Source: Octopus sinensis (lineage: Eukaryota). From it: a DNA stretch of 64,000 nt. Positions 13,085 through 23,641 of this stretch are shown here, piece after piece. How positions within the stretch are numbered: the stretch's first letter is position 1; every line of letters begins with the position of its first letter. The notes under the pieces were generated by a model. The model saw only the letters and a program-made list of their open reading frames with translations, did not search any database and was not told where the DNA came from. The position numbers were made by a program, and so were the translations under genes. Location of the stretch: contig NC_042998.1 of NCBI RefSeq assembly GCF_006345805.1, positions 75,764,001 to 75,828,000 of the forward strand, in the 5' to 3' direction.

Positions 13085-13660
13085 CCACATAATACTACGT
13101 ATACTCATTACTACACATATAACTGCATAAACTACTACAACCACTGCTACAACCACTGCTACACTCACTACAACATACACTAGTACACAGACTACAACTT
13201 ACACTATTAGATTACTACATTACCATAACCAATGAGGCATCAATTACCACAACCACTACAACATTCACTACCCGTAGTCCACCACACTCATTACTACATC
13301 CGCTATTAGACACGCGTCTGGGCTCATTCTTACATCCACTACTCTGTACTCTACTACATCCTCTGTACTACATCCATTACACCATATACTACTACACTAC
13401 TACACCCACAACTACATCCAATACTATATGCATAATTCCTTCGATTCTTAAACATTCTACTACACGCACTACAAAATACACTACCACATACTCTACCCCC
13501 CCCCCACTGCAATATGCATTAATATCTACATCATCACATTCGCTGTAACAAACGCTTTTATAAACACCATTACTTACACAACTTAATATAATACTCATAC
13601 ACTTATACACCTACTACGCTAAACAGTAACACACGCCGTAGTACACGCACTACTACAATT
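13085..13660. repeat. G-poor low-complexity tract of degenerate (ACT/ACC/CACTA)n
   Basis: Recurrent actactaca/cactac units, with very few G on the + strand over about 570 bp. Confidence 0.8.
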
Positions 13661-14457
13661 ATTAATCTATATGTAATCTTATAATATTCACCGTATCAAG
13701 TTTATTTATTATTAGAAAAACTTTAACTGACAGATTTAAATGTGATATTGACTAAATTTAACCAAAAATTTATTTTGGTATGAATTTCGTTTTAGTTTTC
13801 TCCATGTTTATATTTAATAAAGTTCATTTCTATGAATATTTGCATTAAAAATATCTGCCTAGATTACTCTTGCTCGTCACAAATGAAGCTTAGTGCAGCT
13901 ATGATGAAAAGTAAATATTTTCTTTCGTGAAACAACCGTAACACTCATATTTGAGAAGCAAGATTTCATTTACTCTCATTTTTTTCAAACTAATAAATTT
14001 TCCCTAAACAAATATATCGATTAATTTATGTTTTAATTTCGTTTAGACAATTTTCGGACTTGTTTTCTTGATTTTTCTCTTTTTTTTTTTTTTTTCGTCT
14101 GCCCTCAACATGATTAAAATCCAACTGATCATTATTATTGAAATTGTGGTATCACTGCAAACACACAGCTGTTACTTGGATATTTTCGAAACAGATTATG
14201 TTCCTAATACCAATTATAGTCTACGTTATACCGAATATTTTGGGAGGCGGGGGGATTTTTTTCAACGTTAATTTGATGCAATCCAGAAAACGTACTGAGT
14301 AAATATTCTCTTCTGAACTTTCAACAAATGTTAATATCTAAAATAAATTATGTTTGGCTTAGATATATCGGTAACACAACCAGAACTATATTCAGATATT
14401 TTATGTGTACGCGCGTGTGTTTGTCTGGGAATGTATGCATATACGAAAATATGTATG

Positions 14458-14458
14458 T

Positions 14459-14547
<89 letters not shown>

Positions 14548-14580
14548 CATATATGCATACATATATATAAATATATGTAC

Positions 14581-14620
<40 letters not shown>
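14458..14620. repeat. Compound (TA)n microsatellite
   Basis: Seen directly. It generates the spurious YIYIYI ORFs. Confidence 0.98.
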
Positions 14621-14622
<2 letters not shown>

Positions 14623-15000
14623 ATTTGAACTGGAGAAACGGATTGTACCCATGGGGGAGAAGTCCAGAGAGTTGATGCACTGCAGAGGAAAGACTAGGTG
14701 TTGAAGTTTTTGCGAGTCTGGATGCGGTCGACAGAATGTGGGTGATGAGAAAAGGGACAAATGAGTCAGGCGTGTTTGACTGAAGGAAGTACGAAACCAG
14801 CCGACTCTGAAAAGTAGAATGCGTTGTTGTAGTGGTAGAAAACACAGAAAGAAAAAGCTTCATGCCTGAGGACCAGAGATTGTGAATGTTTGTAAGTGAC
14901 TTTATGCCAATCAGTCAAGTAGCTTTTCTTTCGACACCGTCGATGATAGCTGCATACATCATGCTGATGTGATGGCAATTCTCCATTGCGGGTCTAACCT
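14620..15000 (-). mobile_element. 3' end of a Jockey/CR1-like LINE (same type as 2050-3420)
   Basis: [32 protein letters not shown] and [20 protein letters not shown] match the C-terminus of this LINE type. The 3' end abuts the (TA)n tract. Confidence 0.75.
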
Positions 15001-15480
15001 GATATTTTTAGAAGGCTAGCAACTGATGAAAGTTGAATCATTTTCTTGTTCGGACAAAAAAGAGGTTTCCCCAGCCTCCACGAACATTCTCAACTGGTGA
15101 CCATCTTGTGTTATTCAACGACACAAATTTGCAATCACTTCATATATCAAGGAAACGGGTTTTATCTCCCCTTTTCTTTCCGATCTTCGTCAACATGTAT
15201 ATAAAACGTTCAAAACTTCAACAAAACTTATCTTCATAATCCCCGATTATCTCTCCAAGAGATTTCTCGTCTAATACAGTAAATTCTTCACTGCAAAAAC
15301 ATTTATCTTCGTCTTCAGAGCCAAAAATACTTCAGTTCTGTACACCCGTTGACTTACAAAGCTCAAACAATCTGAAGCCGTTGAGCACGAGCTCACACAG
15401 ATCAGACTTTTTCGCTTTTTAATGACAATGGGTTTTTAACATTTGTGGCAAGCATACTTGCTGTAAATATTTTCGCCGTA
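15000..15480 (-). mobile_element. Possible Merlin/IS1595-like (ISXO2) transposase relic
   Basis: Weak and broken similarity: ..MLTKIGKKRGDKTRFLDI*SDCKF..GHQL..FVEAGETSFLSEQENDSTFI versus KIGGPGKxVEIDESKF..YNRGHxV..FLVxVExRDxxTL. A CHKC motif lies upstream. Confidence 0.3.
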
Positions 15481-15834
15481 CGAAAATTTGCTATATTCCA
15501 TTGTAAATACATTTGATACAATAATATTTGTTGTAGTATCGCCCTTGTAAAAATTGTTGCCATAACACTTATTCTGTTACTTTTGACATTTGCTTTTTAA
15601 GATGTCTTATTAAACGTAGAGTTTAGTTCAGCATCTACTTGTTAAAACAAGACAACTCGTTTGTCGAATTATAAAAGGCAATAATAATAATAAAGCGTTT
15701 TAATTTTTCAGTTACCTCAGTCATCTGCTGTATTGTTGCGATTGTTACTAATTTGTCAAGCAAAGCAATTTGTTTCCACAAGAAAACTAGGAAGCAAGCT
15801 ATTAGTTGAGACAAAGTAGTTTATAATACAGGTT

Positions 15835-16025
15835 TCAAATGTTGGCACAATGCCAGCAAGTTCAGGGGAGAGAGCAAGTGTGTTCAACTAGTATTTATTT
15901 TATCAACTAGTACTTATTTTAAAGGATGAAAGGCAGTCGGACTTTGACTTCAGAACTTAAAGACGGACGAAATGTCGCAAAGCATTTTTCCCCGGCGGAC
16001 TAACGATTTTGCCAGCTCGCTGACT
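15835..16025 (-). mobile_element. Family A SINE just upstream of a host exon
   Basis: aaaggatgaaaggcagtcgg..gacgaaatgtcgcaaagcatttttccccggcggactaacgattttgccagctcgc. Confidence 0.8.
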
Positions 16026-16223
16026 TAAAGTAGTATATATTACAGCATTAATTCCTTGCAGGAAAAAAGTACCTACGGATTTTTTCAGTAACGATACGTA
16101 AAGCCTTTAGCATTCCGCTGGTGGCTGAAGAAAACATCTACTAGTGCACGTTATTATACCAATCACATCACAAAATTAAATGTCTCCACTCTTCTTAATT
16201 CAATCAATTCTTCACGTCCAAAA

Positions 16224-16312
16224 ATGGGGAAATGTACATGTAGTGGCTGTTTTTCTTTCTACATCTGCAAAAAGAAGCAGTGTCCATGGCCTTCATGGGT
16301 CACTCGAAACCG
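16224..16312 (+). CDS. Probable first coding part of an unidentified host gene: MGKCTCSGCFSFYICKKKQCPWPSWVTRN(R)
   Basis: The frame is open from 16092 to the strong donor aaaccg|gtgagt (16313) and hits a stop immediately inside the intron. There is an in-frame TAA upstream at 16089. Candidate acceptors are at 16061 (ttccttgcag), 16088 and 16110. The region is not repeat-like. Confidence 0.6.
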
Positions 16313-17689
16313 GTGAGTTAGATGTGTTTTTAATCTTTTGTTTAAACTATTTTATGTTGAAAGCTTCAGGAAAAACATGAGAAAAGAAAGTGTTTATATT
16401 TAGGCGGGCATATATGAATTTTTGTATGTTTTCATGTTTATTTCTACCGCTATCTTCTGCTGCTGTGTCTCTGACACTATATCATAAAAAATTTGCACTT
16501 CACCCTCAGCACGACAATATGTAATCGTTACTGGTTTTATACATGTATCGCTTCTTTGTAGTGTTGTTCTTATCCATATTACTGTCCATCTCCATCGACC
16601 CAACTGCTTTAATCTCGCATTATATCTTATCTCTATGTGTAGTTCTTTAATGTGTTGCACTAATATATCTTTCTGTTTAACTTTGTGACATTTCTCACCT
16701 ACAAATTATCACGTTAAATGAATTTATAAAAACAATAATGAAAATATGTATAGTAGAACTACTCAAATAGATACATATGTTAGGAGGGTACATTATAGAA
16801 CAATATTTTGATATGGCTTGCAAAAACCGATTTTATTTTTGAAATCAGTGCTTCCAAATGAGTTCAAAATAAGTATCAGATATTTATCATCAGAAAAACG
16901 AAACAAAATGTTGACCAGTATTATTATTAGCGAAACTTCATTAAATTCAAGAAAATTGGTGTTTTTAATTTTGTTAAAATATGAATTAAATGAATGCTCC
17001 CAAAAATGACAGCAGGAAATACTTATAGTATATTAAGAGGAATTTTGATTAAACCAAATTTGACACAAAGTTAGAAAAAATGTGTTGCATTTTGCTCTGC
17101 TGGTGTAAACACGAAGATAAATTCATGCATTGTCAAATGTCATAATTTGATATTATTTGAGTCATCGATTACTTGTTTTAGATAATGCTAGTAATGAAAT
17201 CAAGGAAAAAGCAATTTTAGATTTTGAGAAGAAGCAAGCATCATTCCATTTCTATAAGTCAAGTAAAAGTTAGCTGCATCTTCAAAAAAATACCGCAGCA
17301 CTATGTAATGAAATAGCGAAATAGTCAAAATAGGGTATGGGTTTGGTCAGTAAAGGATATAATTTAGACTCAAATCTTCTAAAGCGAACGGATATCTTAT
17401 TCAATCCTTTATAGATTTTCTCCAAAGATATCTTTTCTGATACGAAAATTGATTGAATAACAAAGCATTTACAAGAGACTAAAATTTTGCCTGACTGAAG
17501 CTATACCATGATCATTTGGCAGACTAAGTCCGATGTAATTCATACTGTTAATGTTCCACTTAGATAACAGGAACGGCATGCTCAGGGGGAGAATACTAAA
17601 GGTTCAAATATTCTGGTAATTAAAGCCTGAGCTTTGTGGTTAGTGTAGAACCTGGGCATTGACACAATATGGTTGATGAAGAAAAGAGA

Positions 17690-19000
17690 GATAATTTAAT
17701 ATAAGAGTACCTTACAGGAAATGGTACGAAACCAACTATATCAGAAGAGCAGAGTCCACTGTACTAGAAGTAGAAAAGTGAAAGAGAGGAGACAGTATGT
17801 GTGGGGGGTCAGCCAAATATGTATGTTTGATAGGGACTTCGAGCCAATCAGTCGAATTGCCTTTCCTTAGGTACATTTAAATATACCCCTGTGTGTGTGT
17901 ATATGGGTTACCATCTACAGGTGAGAGCAGTACGCCATTGTGTACCACACTTGAGTTTTATAGATTATTAGTAGCCGTCAGATGTTGAAATATTTTCTAG
18001 TACTGAATAGAATGTCTAGTCTTAGAAAGGCAGTTTCTGCGAAGTTGAGAATGTGGGTTTACTATGGGATGTTCTCAATGTTAGTGAAGACTAGCATTTG
18101 AAGTGACGGAGAGGTTGTAATTGTATATTCGCTATGTTTAAGCGGGACAATAATGTTTTCTTAAAATATACAGTGGTTGCTATACGAGATAATAATATGA
18201 CACCACCTACTGAAAAATGTATTCGAAGTCTCTGTTCATAGACTCAATGTAGATTCGCCGTGAACTACCTAGGTAGCTTGTGGATGGCTCTTGATCAAAT
18301 GAGGAGTAATATCATCTGCAGGGAAGTGGGTGATGTTGGAGTTGTTGGCAAGTAGTTTGTTTAAGATGTGGAAGGAAAAGTGTGAGAAATTAAATGGAAC
18401 AGAATTTGATAACTCATACCGTAGTAATGAAGTATATCGAGAAGTTGCCGATCCAAGTGGTAAGAGATATATATAACCCATAGAAGGCTTGCTTTGACAG
18501 GAGGTTCACGTGTCGGACACTTTTGAAATATTTGCTGATATCGAAAGGAACGACACTGTTTCTGCAAATTTATTTGCACTTATGAGTGACACGGGAGTGT
18601 AAGTCTCCAGCAGATTTGGTTTTACGAAAGCCGTACTGGTGGTCATGAAGGAGAGAAACATGTTGAAAGCGACTGGAGAAGGTTGACGTTTATATTTTTG
18701 TAATCATCTTTTAAGCGTCGAGTGCGTGATAGTGTGGTAATTGGACTGCCTGTCTTGTAAAAGAGACACTCACTGCACCATGTTTCTAATGGTCGTGATA
18801 TATTCTTGTAAAGAGGGATTGGAAAGTTAAATGATGTAGAAGCTGGTTCTTAAACGCATTGCTTAAGAACAAGAGAAGGAACACAGTTAGGGTCGGTAAC
18901 CTAGTTGTTTTGAGGCAACCGCAGGTACTTTTGTACTTGTCAGGTATGGTGTTTAGTTTTTGTATGTGCAGTGTGGTGTTAGAATTTTCGTTAATGATCG
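17690..19000 (-). mobile_element. Decayed Jockey/CR1-like LINE RT
   Basis: Minus frames give SLLHDHQYGFRKTKSAGDL (=HQYGFRxxRSTGDL) and DISKYFKSVRHVNLLSK (=DISKAFDRVWH..LLSK). Confidence 0.85.
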
Positions 19001-20423
19001 ACATTGCATATGAATATGCATTATTATCAGATACACTACAAGGAGGACAATTGATTTTCCCAAAGGCAACAAATTTAATCAAGTGTACAATTTATTTTTT
19101 AACAAAGGAAATATAGTTTTGGTATGCATGAAAATAAAATTAATGAAGTGACACAAAATAATGCTTTAAGTTTAAGGGAAATGAAATGCTGCAATCACTG
19201 CCATGAGTAAAATTAATAGAGTAAATAATTGATACAACGAAGGGAAGATTAAGTTGAGAATAAATTAAGTTTGAAAGGGATGATTTAGAAGCTGTTAATA
19301 ATATATCTAAAATTGTTCAATTATTCAATATTTTGGACTCTGCTGTATTGAGGAAGTTAGAATCCTTTGGAAACCTCGAGATAAAATTGCAGGAATTTAA
19401 TAAAATCCTGAAATTTTTAACTGTATTAACTAATTTCTTGATTATGTAGAAAATATAATTCAGTTAAAAATCTGTGGTATAAACACTAAGAAAAGCAAAC
19501 TAAAATATTAACATAATTGCATTAATTTTTGCAGAAAAAGTGGTTTTCTTTAACTGTTTTGTAGAGGAAGTTTAACAGCTAAACCTTCGTTGGAAAGACC
19601 TTTGAAATCTGTATCTGTATATCAAATTATGGAGCTAATCAACGATCTACTTTAGGTAACAGGCATTGGATATCCCCAAAAACAGTTTACAGAGAATGCA
19701 TAAAACTTTCTCTTCTCTCTTTCCCCTTCCATCTCCTTCACAAACTAGTATATCGAATCCTCCCTCCCAGAACAGAATTACTTCAACTTCCTGAAATTAC
19801 TTTCTTGTCCACTTATTCAACTTGAAGTAGGCTAAATATCAGCCACATCAGTCAGAAAATTTCTAGATAAGCTGTAAATGTCATACCTGAAGTTCCTTTC
19901 ACCTAAGTAAATCTACAAATGAATCCTAATCCAAAATTAAATGGAACGGCTACAGTTATAATATCTATTGTAAATACATGAAGGCAGTCTGATTTCAATT
20001 CTTGGTTAACACTAAGTTGAGGGGCAAAATGAGTAACTTCTGATTTCCTTTTATTTTTTTCTTTCCTGTTTGAAACTATTACATTACAAGTATTGCACTA
20101 ACAGTTTGTACTCTTTCATCATCTTTCGATAGAAAAGTTTTTCAGCATAGTAGTTATTGCTTCAGATGAGCGACCTTGAAACATAGTTTGCTCACGAGTA
20201 CATTTTTTTTTACAAGAAATTTTTCCTCAACTTCGACCCGATTGTAATTGAGGTAATAAAATATCTGAATAATATTTTTTTATATATTTAGCAATCCTAT
20301 TGGATTCCAAGTCCATTTTTCCCACAATGATGTCTAATTTCATCATTTTCAACTTCCAAAAAATTATCTAAAATGGGACAAAATGGGTAATGGCTAATTT
20401 CAATAATTTATTCTTTTTAATGG

Positions 20424-20960
20424 TACGGTACCTAAATATATTAGGAAGCGAGCCACTCCAGCAGATCATGGAGAAATTATAGAGAAAGCTTATGGAAGGA
20501 TAACTAAACCTGCATCAATCTATTATGATGCAACTGCAATTAATGCCCCATAAGAGACACTTCAAAGACGACTCAACAGTATCAACCACTCTGAACGAAT
20601 TAGAAGAGGTCGTTTTTCTTAGTGTGTCTTCAAAGAAAGGCGAGAAATGTATAGTCTTTCATCTAGGTTAGGTTGGCCATGTGGGGCACCGGAAATTCAG
20701 ACATGGTTGAAAGGAAAACCAGTTTTAAGAATAATGTGCTAGGAAAGAACTGGATGATCGCATTCAAACAACACTGGTAGCAGCAGCTCATGGATCGCAA
20801 ACCAGAAATATTGACCAAGGCTCGCAAGAAGAACCTTTCTGAAGAAACACTAGCAGAGTTTTTCATGATATTTTCTGAGAAGCCAGGGTTTCTGATGACC
20901 CAAATACTGGAAGAATGATTTTAATGGGATGAAAGTGTGTTTCATACAAACCCATCTCAA
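20424..20960 (+). mobile_element. pogo/Tigger-like transposase relic (psq/CENP-B HTH region)
   Basis: VPKYIRKRATPADH.. followed by RLGWP..GKNWMIAFK..LMDRKPEILTKARKKNLSEETLAEFF..DDPNTGRMIL.DES, typical of the pogo N-terminus leading into the DDE_1 domain. Broken by frameshifts. Confidence 0.75.
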
Positions 20961-21779
20961 AAGAATCTTTTATGCATTTTTTATTTTTCTGATGTGTAAG
21001 AATGGATATTTTTATGTATGAGTCTTTTTTCAAATGTAATTCTGAGAAATTGAAGAAGAAAATTTACATTATCTTGTCTTACTCATTTTTACCACCAAAA
21101 TTTGTCTTTTGTATACTCAAAGAGAATTTAGATAAATTTTGGAAATAGTGTTCTGAATATGCTATAGTGATCTTAATGCATTTAGAGAAAGTCTTTCGTT
21201 AGCTGATATAGTTTTTGCAAAGCAGAGAACATTTGTTAAAAATATATTTCTTCACAAAGTCAAAAGTGCAGTAAATATTCCTCATTGTGCCCCATCTCCA
21301 TTCTCCAATTCAATTAACATACACAACACTGCCTAATGATTTTCAGAAAAAACAAGAGCATTGCAACGACCTCCCTCTTAAGACATTCAAATGCATTTGA
21401 ATGGATGGATTGTGAGTGAAAACCTCCACTCAAGTTGACTTTGCCTTCCGTTATTTTGGGTCAATAAATGCAGTAACAGAAATATATTGATTCGATCTAA
21501 TCAATTAAATTTTTTCATTGCAAAAATTGTGCTATTTAAAAGAAATAGGTTTATCGTAAGTTGAGTAGTTTTCAGGTGAGGAATGTAATTGATTCAACAT
21601 AGCTCAGTATATTCTATCAATCCCGAAGAAATAAAATGAATGTAATTGAAATTTTAGATAAGATTATTCTCCCATTCGCACTTGCTCTAGCATAATGCAC
21701 TCGCAAACGTCGATAAGGGAAACTACACCTCAAAAGTAGAAGCATGAAAATCTAAAATTTATATTTGATATATACATAA

Positions 21780-22340
21780 ATACACAAATTGAAAGTCTTA
21801 CCATACGTCTCCACCTACAATCCTCAAAACAACATCATATCTCGTAACATATCGTTACAGAAGAAAAGGATCCTACGATGCGTAAAACCCTCCAAACACA
21901 CACCATCTTTAAGAGTAAAAGATAACCCAAATCAGTAAAAAGTATACTAACTCAGACGAAACACCAAACATTTATAACAACAAAACCAACAATAACTATG
22001 AAATATATTTAATCTGACAGAGACTAAAGATCCGTTTGAAACAGGGATAACTTTTTACTATGAAAGATAACGTCACCTTTACATCTGAAAATCTTTTTTA
22101 CGTAATAACATGCTCAGAATGTGGAGAACATTACATTGGACAAACATAAAACGCTCGACGTCAATGAATGTCCCCGCATAGATCACAAATTAACTCACGG
22201 ATATATAGAAAAACAGGACTCAGAATATATGTTTGCAGGTAACAGACAGCCTAATTTTTTTTCTCTATATAAATTTAGCGATAATATAACCCAATGCCAA
22301 CGCATTAGCAAAGAAAATGTCCTTTGTTACTAAAAGCTAC
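21780..22340 (+). mobile_element. Penelope-like element 3' region with GIY-YIG endonuclease
   Basis: PYVSTYNPQN and TFTSENLFYVITCSECGEHYIGQT (GIY-YIG signature). Followed by an ACT-rich low-complexity tract (22380-22625). Confidence 0.85.
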
Positions 22341-23543
22341 ATCTAAAAGCAGGGAAAGAGAAACAACAACCATCACCAACGATACTACAGCCCTGACTGG
22401 GACCATCACTACGACTACTGCTAGGTTATAGATGGGGAAAACTGTTATGAACAAACAGCACTGCTACTAACTCTGTTATAATCCGCAGAGAACCCTAACT
22501 ATTACTGTCACTACTGCTGTCCCTCTTACTACTAAGAGACCCACCTGCTACTGTAACTGTAGTAGTAGCAGTCACTAACTGTTACTACTAACACTACTGC
22601 CCCTTCTCACACTACCATTAGATCTAATTTCTACCAGCTTGCAACAGTGAGGACACGAAGTACAACACCATCTGATTTTTATAAGAAAAGTATATGAACT
22701 TCCAGAACTAACTATTATAAAGTTTTTAATTTCTTTCAATCTTTCTATTCGTTCTATTCTTGTATGCAGAAGTCGACCGGTTTGTATTTCTCTTAATTCA
22801 GCGCAGCAAAGATTCCACCCATACCTATTATTTCATCAGGGTAATGCATATCATTATACTCCAGGTAAATTGAAATCTAATTTTTTTGTCTTTTAATTCC
22901 CAAATTTTTCCGCAAGTGATGTAACCTTGGTCATATTACGATTATTGAAAGTATAAGAATGATTATATAAATTGTGCATAAATATGCAAGAAGTTGAAAC
23001 AATGTAAATAAAGGTAGTTAGATTAATTATTTCACCACATCTATAGATATTATTTTAGTGGGGCATAAATTATTTAGGGGGCATAAAATGTTTTTACAAT
23101 TACATAATTTAGTAGATTTTCAGTGTTATTCAAGGAACACAGATAGGGATAATTATAGTTAAATCCGATAAAATTACTCGAATTATCCTAAGAAACAGTG
23201 GATCATTATTATTAGTAATAGCACTACCATTGCGATGATGGAAGTTAAAACATTTGGTTTGATTATTGATAGTTACATAATCTTCATTTATTTTAGAATC
23301 GATGTGTATGTTATATGGATTGCTTGCGTCATTATCAGGTTTAGGGATTATGTTTTCACAGCCACTATTGCTGTTACTAGAGTGGCTAGTAGTGATGCAT
23401 ATAGAGGTAATATAGTTTGAGGTTCAAATAGTCGGCTCATAGACAGTATCATAACTGCTAACGTCGACTGCATGATAGTTACTACTACTATCATAACTGT
23501 CATATATATATTTATGTATGTAGGCATGTATGTATGTATACAC

Positions 23544-23577
<34 letters not shown>

Positions 23578-23641
23578 TTGTGTGTGTGTGCGTTTATGTA
23601 TGCATGTTTATGTATGAAAAGCAACATGTTTAACCGTTTAA

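Noticed and set aside
14328-14863. Cluster of ORFs rich in YIYIYI/ICIY
   Set aside because: These are translations of (TA)n microsatellites, which lack stop codons. The same applies to the ORFs at 41421-41982, 48896-49858, 59422-59781, 60787-61085 and 62542-63517.
16072-16265. Strong minus-strand acceptor (ctgcttctttttgcag) and donor (ccgtag|gtactt) overlapping the + strand exon
   Set aside because: All three minus frames contain stops, while the + frame is open and ends at a consensus donor.
22802-22840. 39-nt phase 2-2 exon candidate that would fit between the two host coding exons
   Set aside because: It lies in repeat-like sequence downstream of the Penelope fragment and has only moderate splice signals.
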